DNA from: Phoronis australis
Taxonomy: Eukaryota; Animalia; Phoronida
Assembly: GCA_002633005.1 (NCBI GenBank)
Contig: NMRA01000353.1
Span: 71,625-135,624 of the forward strand
Direction: 5' to 3'
Length of the DNA: 64,000 bases
A program made the position numbers and the translations under genes. The notes under the pieces were generated by a model. That model was not told the origin of the DNA, searched no databases, and saw nothing but the letters and a program-made list of their open reading frames with translations. Below are positions 12,201-24,200 of the stretch, in pieces (position 1 is the stretch's first letter; each line of letters starts with the position of its first letter).

Positions 12201-15200
12201 GGGGAAGACGGTTTGAAAACCAGCTGGAGCGAATGAAAGTACGTAAGACACCAGTGCTTATGAGTTGATAATTTAATTCCAGTACAGGGGCAGATTGAGA
12301 GAGATTACAGTATTTAGATTTTTTCTGGAGTTTGAGCATGCTTGATCCATCAGGAGTTGACGGTGGAATGGCTTTAATGATGTTGAATGACCTGAAGATT
12401 TGAGAAGACTAAATTTTGCATGTCTCTAGTCACTTCCCCACAGTATTGTCTTCTTTTGTCTTACTAACAGACCATTACAAACTTTATTTAATTTACTAAG
12501 TTGTTCATTAGCAAATTATGCCTAATTAATGCAGATTGTCAAGCTGGTGTTATTGCTGCCACCATGTTTACTGTTGCAGAAATGTGCCAAATAAGCTCCA
12601 TTTGGGGAATCAATGAAAAAATCTTTAGTGATTGCAGAATCTTAACAAAGGTGTTGTTATTTCACCTTTTCAATATCGAAAACATAACTGATTAAGAAAG
12701 TTGGATATGAGAGATTATCCTTGTAGGGTCTATTTCATGCTTGGTCATTGTCTTTTGCTGTTCTTTGTCTGTAGTCATGACTACGATATTTCGGTAACCT
12801 TCAATTCACATTTTGGATCATATGTTTATTTTTATGCGCCCACATATTTATTGATATGGTGGTGCATATTGCCGTCATCTCTGCCTGGGCGCCTGCATCT
12901 CCTAAACCCCCTGCAGGATCGTATTGAAATCTAGCAGGTGTGCTCCTATGGGGTTTACGAGTTTCGGACTGACCCGAATACCGCTGTGCCCCCTAGTGGC
13001 AATTTTAATTTTTTACGTTTGCCTCTGTATCTTCAAAGGGCCTCAACCGATTTTCATGAAATTTGGCACATAGGCATGTGTTAATGAGATGACGCTTTCC
13101 TCTTGTTTGTGGATGGATTTGAGGTATTTTGCGCCATCAAGCGGCCATTTTTATTATTTTCGAGTCTGTTTTTTGGCATCTGCCCCTCTATCAACCAAAC
13201 CACTCTTACTCTTATGATAATTGTGAAAATTGGGTTGTATGTTCTTACTATGAAGAGGACGGTTGGCGATGATTTTCCGATGACTTCGAACACTGTGGCA
13301 TCTCCTAGTGGCAGTTTTGTTTTTTTGCGCCTTAGCTGTATCTCCTAAACGTACTACAGTATCTTTATTAAATGTAGCAAATGTATTTATATGAAGTTGT
13401 TAATAGAGGACGACGACGACTTCAGACAGATCAGACCATGGGTGTGCCCCCTAGTGGCAATTTTAATTTTTTTGCATTTACCGTACGTATATTCAAAGGT
13501 CATCAACAGATTTCCATAAAATTTGGCACATCGGCAACTATTAACAAGTTGACGCTATCCTTCCATTTTCGGATGTATTCGAGGTATTTTGCGCCACCTA
13601 GTGGCCATTTTTATGTGCCCACATATTTATATGTGGGTGCATATTGCCGTCATCTCTGGGCGTCCGGGCGTCGGTGGCTGTATCTCCTAAACCCCTTGCA
13701 GGATCTTATTGAAGTTTGGCAGGTGTGTTCCTACGGTGCTGACAACAGAGGACGAGTTTCGGACCGACCCGAATACTGTTGTGCCCCCTATAATTTACCT
13801 CTGTATCTTCAAAGGTCCCGGATTTTCATAAAATTTGGACTAAAGGCATCTATTGGTGAGATGACGCTATCCTCCCGTTTTCGGATGAAATCAAGGTATT
13901 TTGCATCACCTTGAGTCCACCCTCTATCAACTAATCCATTCTAAGGATGATTTTGAAAATTGGCGAATATTTTCTCATTGTGAAGAGGAGGGTTGACGAT
14001 GACTTCGACTTTTGTGGCGCCTCCTAGTGGTAGTTTGTTTTGGTTTGCACCCATAGGTGTATCTCTTAAACCCACTGCAGAATCTTTGTTAAATTTAGTA
14101 AGTGTATTTTTATGAAGCGAACAACAGACGAGGACTTTTAGATGGATCCAAGGAACGCTGTGCCCCCTATTGGTATTTTCATTTTTTTCTGTTTACTTTG
14201 TTTCTCAGAAGTTTCTTGACAGATTTTTATAAAATTTGGTAAATAGTTTTCTATTAGAGAAGTGATGGCACTTCCTCTTTTCGGATGTATTGGACATTTT
14301 TGCGCCATCTAGTGGCCATTTTTACGATGCAAATAATCAAACCCTAGACGCACCTCCTTCGCGGTGCATTGACATGGGCGCATTTCAACGCTTTGCATTG
14401 CTCTTGTTCATTATCAGTAACAAATCTTTGCACACACTATTTAACCATCAAATCTGCTAGCTGTTATGGACATCTTCCATTGATTTTAATAACCTGGCAA
14501 ATCTTTACTAACCATTTTCAGGCTCTTTGATTTTTTATGTTTATCAAGTAGTTTTGAACTTTGATTTGTATTTAGAGTATGGGTAGATTCACATGAAACT
14601 TTGCACTATTCTTTTCTAGCTTATGAATAAGAAAATGACTTCTCAAATTTTTGACTTTTGGTGGAACAATGGAGATATTGGTTGTCAAAATGAATACTTG
14701 AGAATGAACATTTTTTTAAAAAAGGACTTTAGATTGTTGATATCTTTGTTGTTTGTTTGAGACACGGTTCCATATGCATTGATAATTAGAATATTATGCT
14801 CTAACATTAAGTTTAGTTTTTAAAAACAGTCATGTCCAGTGTAGGAAATGATGATTTTCACAAATATTGGTAGTCACATGATTGTAAATGTCATTGATTG
14901 CACAAGGGTTTTAGGCATGAATAATGTTTCTGTTATCAAGAATTCAGAAAATGTATACTTTTGATTTATGAGACAGCCTGAAAATGGACGGTTAAATTTA
15001 TTTGATGAAATGTGAAAGGACTTTACGAAGGTTGACAATTTTCACTGTCTATTAAAATTCCTTTTTATGCGCCCACATATTTATATGTGGACGCATTATG
15101 CCGTCATCTCTGTCCGTCCGTCCGTCCGGGCGGCGTCCGTCCGGCGTCCGCTGCTCTATCTCCAAAACCCTTTGACATAGGTTCATGAAATTTGGCACAT

Positions 15201-18200
15201 ATGTTCCATTCATGAATGGGACGGCATGTGCGAACTTTCGGACGGATCCGACTACCGGTGTGCCCCCTAGTGGCAATTTTAGTTTTTTACGCTTACCTTT
15301 GTATCTTCAAAAGTCCTGAATGGATTTTCATGAAATTTGGTATGTAGGCACCTAGTAGTGAGATGACGCTATCCTGCCGTTTTCGGATGGATTCGACATA
15401 GTTTGCGCCACCTAGTGGCCATTTTTAGTGTTTTCGAGTCTGTTTTTGTGCTTCCACCCCTCTATCAACCAAACCGCTCAAAGGATGATTGTGAAAATTG
15501 GCATGTATGTGCTTACTATGTAGAGGACGGTTGACGATGATTTTCCGACGATTTCGACTACTGTGGCGCCTCCTAGTGGCAGTTTTGTTTTTTTGCGCCT
15601 ATGGCTGTATCTCCTAAACCGTTCGCAGGATCTTTACAAATTGTGTAAGTATATTTATATGATGTTAACAACGGAAGATGACGACTTTTGGTCGGATCCG
15701 ACTACCGGTGTGCCCCCTAGTGGCAATTTTAGTTTTTTACGCTTACCTTTGTATCTTCAAAAGTATTGAACGGATTTTCATGAAATTTGGTATGTAGGCA
15801 CCTATTAGTGAGATGACGCTATCCTACTGTTTTCAGATGGATTCGACGTAGTTTGCGCCACCTAGTGGCCATTTTTACTGTTTTCGAGTCTGTATTTTTG
15901 CGTCCACCCCTCTATCAACCAAACCGCTCAAAGGATGATTGTGAAAATTGGCGTGTATGTGCTTACTATAAGGAAGACAGCTGACAATGATTTTCAGACG
16001 ATTTGGACTACTGTGGCGCCTCCTAGTGGCAGTTTTGTTTTTTTGCGCCCATGGCTGTATCTCCCAAACCGTTTGCAGGATCTTTACTAAATTTAGCAAG
16101 TGTATTTATGTGATGTTGACAACGGACGATGACGACTTTAGGATGATTCTGATTACCGGTATGCCTCTAGTGGCAATTTTAGTATTTGCCTCTAGTGGCA
16201 ATTTTAGTATTTTACATTGACCTCTGTATTTTCATAGGTCTTCAGGTGTATACTTTGTGTTACTTCGTGACTGTGAAGGAAAAGTTCCAAGTAGAAATTT
16301 GTTTCTGGCATTCTAATGCTGTGCTAATCTCGTATGTTGGTAAATTTGTTTTTAATTCTATGTTTCTGTGGTGCTTTAAGCAACTGGTGTATAGGATGTG
16401 CTTGTATTATGAAGATTACTCACATTTTGCCCCTAGCCTATTGAGGAGACAATGACCATGCCTTTCCATTTTGCAAAGTATGCCCTCTACTGGCCACTTT
16501 ATGGTACCAATAAACAACCCTAGAAGGATACCGTATGCGGTGCAATTGTGGGCGCATTTCAACGCTCCGCGTTGCTCTTGTATTTTATTGTTTTGGTTTC
16601 TATGCATATAAATCACTTGTCGACTGTTCTTTCACAGAGATGTGAGTGCATGCTGTTTTATGTGGTTGAAGGAGACATTGATGGGATGAGAACCAAACCA
16701 GCTGATCCTTATAAACGATTCCTTGAAGTAAGTTCATCATATCAAATCTCATTATCTGCTCCTTGTAAACAGTTCTTTGCCTCAGTATGCCATGTGTGTT
16801 CCTACTTACTTTCTGTGCACTTTGGTTGCCATTGGCCCTTTTGTCTAAATATACTCGAGTGTCCTGCTTTATGCACTCTGATTCAGGAACAGTGTAAAGT
16901 AAACAATATTGAGGAATTGTGAACTTAAGGTAGTCATGTGTGAGATACTTTCTCTGATTCTGAACATCAAATATTAACTACGAGACAGTGACATTTCTAA
17001 ATGTTTTTCGTGTTCATTAACCAATAATGTTGCAGAACAAAGTGTCAGAGTTGCAACTTAAGGAGAATGTGTTTGTTAACCACACGTCAAGCTGGAAGAA
17101 GACAGCACAGTTTCTGATCTGGATGTCGTATCTTATCGCTGAGAAACACTGGGCAGGTAAGAAAGAAGCTTTGAAGAGGAGCCTCGCTGCATTTATGATT
17201 TCCGCAGCTGCTTTTGCAATGATTGAAATCAAGTACTATTTTTGTGATGTGAAGCTCTAGGGGTTTAACCATGACTTTGTTGTTTTCAGTAGGGTGGTTC
17301 AGCCATCTGATGCTGTATATTTATGGATATAGTGACCCAAAAGCCATAGACTCTAAGTTAGCTAGCAATTCTTCAACAACACTATTCAATTATTGACTTT
17401 CACCGGGGTCAATTTTTTATCAGTATCACATTTTTGGAGTCTGATCAAGTGTGAAAGTCAATAAATTATAATTTTTTTTCATTCTGTAAGTACATTTGCC
17501 AACTAACTCATCGAAGAAGGCTGGGCTTTTGGTTGTACGTTTATTACTCATTCGGTCAGTCAGGTACTGGTTTTTTAACCAAAACATTATGGAGAGATTT
17601 TGAAAAAACTTTCAGGAGATACAAATGGACAAAAGAATAATCAGTTTTAGTTTGGGAAAGATATATTTTTTTGGAGTCATACAAAGGTCCATCTTAATAC
17701 AAAACAATCAACAAACGTCATTTAGTGAAGTCCTTGCAATCATGAGTGTGATGGAGAGAACTGGGATGCCTTGATGCGGGTTTACTTTCCTCTGGTGGTT
17801 TACATTTTGCGATTATTTTAAAACAAATGTGACTTGGAAATCTAGATTAATTAAAAGACTTTTGATTTTGGTGACTTACTGGTAGAGTACTGGTAAAGTC
17901 AAAGTTTGCACCATGAGAGAGACTGGGTTCAAATCTTGATGAAGTAATTGCATATCAGGAAAGCATTTTGAAATTAAATAATTATTGGAAATGGCATTTC
18001 CATAGTAGCGGAAATATTGTGACTTATTGACAAATACTGGTTAAAATTAACTCCACAATCTGTCCAAATCATAGGATAAAACAGTGTTTATGTAGATGAC
18101 AAATAATATCGTGTGCATGTAGTATTCATAGTGACTTTTAACAAAATGTGTGTCACTGTACAGGGCAGAGTGTTGGCACTATGACTTATACTGAGTACAC

Positions 18201-21200
18201 TGCTAAAGCTAACAGCACAGAGGTTGTACCCGTGGTGAACTTGAAAAAGAATGTGAATATTTGGACAGCTGATCTATTTATTGATCTCCTAATCAGGTGA
18301 GCTATTCTGTTTGGCTTACTTTATTGTTTCGTGAAAACAACACCTTAAGGTGGCACTAGATGTGGTCTAATGGTGTGTACATTATTCGGACCAGCTGTTT
18401 ACTGACATGTTTCTCATAGTCAAGTTTCTTAGAGTTACAACATATCAATTCATCAATTGCTACTAAGATTTTGTGACATTATAAGGTTCATTCACAAACT
18501 TGAGTGAAACTTTTGCAATTCTTCTGCTGAATTGACTTTTTGCATTTGCACGACTGCTAAAAACAGGCAAAAGGATGAAGATGTGCGTTCATAGTTTACC
18601 TTATTTTACTTGTCACACATTATCCATAAAAGTGTTTTGATTTCTAAAGTGTGATTGAGTGTTTTTTGGTTAAACTTTTAATCCATTGTGCATGAGAGTA
18701 AATGATGAGAGACAATCAGTCGTACACAACAACCACAGGGCAGTCTCAGCTGGGGATCATCTCAGTCTCCCAGGACATATCACTGTGCTGGTCATCGCAG
18801 GTGAACGTTTAGATTTATTTGTGGAAACGCGCGAGGCATAGCAATGTTCAAAATGTTGGGGATTTGTTATAATTTGTTTTGACGTCATATTGTATATACC
18901 ATTATTCCTATGAGTGTAGTTAATATAGCTTAACAGTCTATTTTTCTGTCATACTCGTTTGCTACCTGTTCTCTATTATGAAGAGTTTAGCATCATTTGT
19001 CACTGATATATTTATATTTAATTTAAACTGTTTTAGAGATTCATGTGGCGAGAGCAGCTTTTGCTGCCACCTCAACAACGTGTTATCAACCCATGCCAGA
19101 CCCACACTGCTAGTTATACAAGACCTGTTACAGTATAACAAGGTATGTTATCAACCCATGCCAGACCCACACTGTTAGTTATACAAGACCTGTTACAGTA
19201 TAACAAGGTATGTTTTGCATCTCATCTAAAATCCTTCATACTAGACTGGCTTTTAAACTGTTCAGAAATAATAATGTAAACACCCGATTCATTGCTTTTT
19301 GTTAATTAATTGCTCTTGTTTTTGTTACTCTGTCAATACCAAAAAGTTAATATGCCATGATAATTTGTGGGAGAGGCTGGAATAGGACCAGTGATCAATC
19401 AATTAGATTTTAGATATTATCATTAGCTATCAGAATAACGGGCTAACATAATTGCATTACATGAAAAACAATGTGAACTGTGCTGATATGCTTGTCATAC
19501 ATATGGCAATGCATTTTAAAAATCAAAAGACATTAGTTTGTAGATATGTGCCATCTGATGTAGTTACATTAGGCACAACTTAACTATGATAGCTGAGAAA
19601 GGGGTGTACGCTCTTGGGGCTTTTTAGTCGGTTGTTTGTTACATTTCACACATCTTCCTACACATCTTCCTACACATCTTCCTACACATCTTCTCACAAT
19701 ATTCATGTGCTCGACTGGAACCTGAAAGTTGGTCTGGCTTCAGTAGATGATTACTGATTTTTAGATGAGAAGCAAACTACTCAAAAGGTGCGGGGATGTT
19801 TTCATTACAGCTAACAGGAACGCAACAGGTATTTATGTTTGAATTAAAAATTTTTAATTAGTGATTGTCAGTTGTGGAGTTATCAAGTGCCACCATTTGA
19901 AAGACTTTTCCATCTTCTCTGTGTTGCCTTATCTCCTTTTGTGAGACATGGTAACTTTTATGTTACTTTTTATAAATCTTCAAGATATCGTAAACAATAA
20001 ATTATAATTGTAAATGTTGTTTTTCTCTTTGCAAATCTACATCGTCTCTATTGGTTACTTCTGGGTTTGCTTTTGTTGTAGAGTGTATAACAAATTGTAT
20101 AGAGAACACAAAGAGTCAACTCATTCATTATGACATCACAACGTATTGGCAACTCTATATCCAGGTATATTTTGTGTTTACCTACATACAGTTGTATAGC
20201 TGGTGATGCTCCTCTATGGGTGTTTGGACATGATGGCATACAGTTGTGTCACGCCTAATACTGATGAGTGACCTAGTGGAACTAGTAACTGTTTAAGCTG
20301 CTGACTTGTGTTGTGCAATGAGTGTAAGTGGTGTGGGCCATAGAGTATGACATTTGTGTGACTATGAGTTGCCTTATAACTGTTGTGCAACAATGGGTCA
20401 TTGGAGAGCACATGATAGCTCTATGGTCATCCTACATTATATACCTGATTGTTCAAATGTTTCACTATTGTGCAATTGTCCTTTGTTAATTTCATGGCTT
20501 CAGATTATCTCACGGCAGTCGTACGTTTTGCTCTCCATCAATCTTGACTTCTTATAAAAAAACACGTCCAGTGAGTGTAATGCTCTGAAAGTCTCAGAAG
20601 TCCAAGAAAGCCTCACCCACTACACTCTGTAGGAGAATGACTATACGTAATAACACTGTTTTTGACATGTTAGTTAGTGAGTTACATTAAAAATGATATT
20701 TTATTACCATGAAAACTGATCCATATATATGTTGTACCCATGGCCCTTTGGCTACAGAAAGTGTTTGTCCAGCATCTCTCATGTCTTTAGGTCATACATC
20801 ATGTCAGTGTTATAAGGACAGAAGATGATGAAACAACCAAGTCAGTTCAGAAACTCTACATGGGCGAGGGGACACGCAGTCAAGACACAGTAGTGGAGGT
20901 AGTTATGTAGTCTGTTTGACTAGTTACGTACTTCTGCATTACAGAGATGGCAGATTGAAATTTTATGCCAATGTTGTGAATTTTTTTCTAAGGAGTAAGA
21001 CCAGTACAGGGCTCTCTCTCACTTGAGAGTAAAGGTACCTGAGGGGAATTTTTTGTTTGGTTGAGCGGAGTACTTCTCGGTCACCACCAATTCCACCTCC
21101 CCGGTTGCCACCTCCATCTATATTTCAATATTGGTTCTCAAAATCGAGGTCTCAAGGATCGTGTAGTAGCAAGCAATGTGACAGAGATGAATGGAGGTTC

Positions 21201-24200
21201 GGGTTTGAAAGTAATGCAGTTTTCCAATGGTACCATTTGATTTCTAAATTGTGCTAAAAACTGCTAACCTCAATACTGTTCAATATTTTTGGCCAAGAAA
21301 ATTGTTGGAGTAAGCAAAAAGTGCTGTATGATACAAGCTCTTCAAACTTTTTTAAAATAAATAAATAGGACTTCAATATAAAGCAGCTGTAGTAACTAGA
21401 AACATTGGTATTCCAGGTTGTTGTTGACCATGACACTAGAGACTGTAGTTTTGTGAAAGAGGACTATGCAAGTGATTCACAAACATTCAGAGTGATGATG
21501 GAACAGGCAAGTCATTTGATGTGTAATGCCTTTTATCATGGTAACCGTAGTAAGAGAAGTATTAAATAGTCCTCTATTATCTACTTAATGTGTGTTGTGA
21601 ATTTGCGTATCTGAGAACTTTTGATGATTAGAAGAAAGTTGTGACACAGTTGTCAGCACTTATCATTGCCCTGGTTTACCTCTAGGCTTTAGAAGAGAGT
21701 AAAAACACGTCTGCTCCATGTCAACATGTAAGACGTGAAGATGAGTACTTTGCTGTGGGTGTCAAGGAAAGTGAGGTTGTCAACAGGTCACAGTCTTCTT
21801 CTATTGATGTAACTACGCTCACAGACTCTCAACAGCTTGAGTTAGCTCTTGAACAAAGCAAATCCATTTATGTGGAAGAGACAACACAAAGGGGAGAGTC
21901 TTCATCCAGATTCAATGGTGATTTATCTACACTGACAGACTCTCAAAAACTGGAGATGGCTCTAGAACAAAGTGAGTCAATTGACGTGGTCACGATTCAA
22001 ACAAAAGACACTCTGTCTGAGGGTTTTGATGGCATAACTTCTGGATTGACAGAATCTCAGGAATTTGAGTTGGCTCTGCAAGAAAGCCGATCTTTCTGTG
22101 TAAATGAGACATCAACTCCTAAAGACCCTCAATCTAAGTGCCATATAACCACTTCACACAACGTGGGCAATAGTGTAAGTAATGACTGTGTTGGTATAGC
22201 TAATGAAGATGATGATTTGAAACTGGCATTGGCTCTAAGCATGTCAGAGGTCAAAGGGGAACACTTCACACAATCCGACTGGAGCTTGCCAGAGGTGAAA
22301 CACAATCACTTTTTACGAACAGATGGTAATTGGTCAGATCGATTCTCACAGAATGCAGATAGCGTAGCAGTGGTTAAGCCATGTCACTTAACACAAACTG
22401 AAAATTCTCCAATAAATACACCAAAGTTTGGAAATTGCGAGAGGATTACAAAAGCTGTTGAGGAGGATTTGAGATGTGTTCGCAGAGAAGCTCAGGCCAA
22501 GTGGAGGGGAACAGCCAAATGTGTAGCGACTGGTAAACACAAACATTCAGTGTCAGATGATGAACTCCTTGCTCGTACACTTCAACACCAGTTTGATACA
22601 GGTATGTTATTATTTACAGTCAATGTGGTGGTAATGCTGCAAATGGTATTTGGATGCTGTAATTTCCAATTGGTCGTAGACAAAAATTTAAAACACAATG
22701 CCTTATTTAATTCCTAAAGTGGTGATTTTTGTCATATTTTGTCTGTACTCATGTTATTTTCTGCATTGTTTTCATCTTACTTTTTATCAATGTTCACAGC
22801 TCATAGTAGTAGTTAGGGCTGTGGAATCACAACATGTAACATATGGAGGTTATTTCATAATTAATGAATTATGTCATTGTTTTATAGGCTATGTCAATGT
22901 GCACAACAGTGGAGCATTTCAAGATGAGATCCTTGCTAGCAAACTACAAGATGGGTTCCTCAATGCTGATCAGTTGAAACAGAAGTCATACAACCTAAGC
23001 ACAGGTATGGTGCTACCAAATTGACACAGAAGTCATACAACCTAAGCACAGGTATGGTGCTACCAAATTTTGGTCTGTCTACCTAAACATCATCCTTCTT
23101 TGCTCTCGAGCAAACTCCGCTCTGCATTGCTCTTGTACATTTTTGTTGAAATAACATGGCACATGAACTCATTTTCAGTGTTTGGAGTGAAGGAAGGTTA
23201 CCACAATAACCGTTAGGTAAACAATTCCTTATTTCTTTTAGGTTTCTCTTCACCCAATAAACGAAAAGCTGACAAGATACCCTCAAGTGATAACACGGCA
23301 GACCTAATAAATACCCATAAACAAAGGTGCTTGGAAGTACCCCCCGGCCCTGACTACTCACCTACAGCTGAAGGCAAGGGCAGTAACAGGACTTTAGGAA
23401 AGGATTGGGGAATCCTGGGTAAAGTGTAATCATTGTCTTAGAACAGTATTGTTATAAGGTCTGTTGCCCAAGTTCTGTAGTTGTCAAAAAATGACAAAAT
23501 CATTGTGCCTTTGTCGTATTATCAGTTTTGTTTCAGACTACTACCAAAATGTTTAGTTCAAAGGTATACAACTTTTTTATGTCATCAGAAATGGACTCCA
23601 TTGACAAATAGTTGAATAATAATAGCTCATAACTGAAAGAATTCAAGGTACTTGTTTAATATTCGTGGCAGTTTACAAAACAATGGAACTTTTAGCACAC
23701 AAGCTGTTGGTCATCTCGTGAACAAAATTGAGAAACTTTCAGTTTGAGAATGTTATTCTCAACAATTGCATCAAGCAGCAATACTTGGATAGTAGCTACT
23801 GCAATTTGTTTTTATCCAGTGTTTTACTTTTATAGAGCAAATTTAAGTTTGAAGTTATCGACGTCAAGCCATGGTGATTTTGTTAGTCTGCTTAATATAC
23901 TATTACATTTGTCTTCAAAGATTTTGTACTCTTAACTAGATTTCTCAAGTTATCCAACAGAATCTTCCATGATTCTCTTCAACATATTAAAGCTTTCAAC
24001 AATTTCAGTAATTCCTTTCAAAGTTTTCTCTGATAACAAAATGTATCAGCTGATGTTTCTGCTAATGAAATTACAATTGTGTCACTTAAAAATGAATGAC
24101 CTTGTGCTGATTTAGGTTATAATGAACTAATTTCCTGCTAAACTTGGTCAAAATAATCGCAGCTTACTTGTTCATAAAATGTAAGTGAAAAACTGTGACC

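Noticed and set aside
12701-16455. Recurring VAPPSGSF / PLVA ORFs here and at 36400-47950
   Set aside because: Translations of the HINE internal repeat; not a protein family.
11340-17156. Assigning the symbol MUS81
   Set aside because: Architecture differs strongly from canonical MUS81; orthology needs a phylogeny.
20200-20650. Candidate exons at 20200 and 20504
   Set aside because: Stops or wrong phase; 20082-20164 joins 20791 cleanly.
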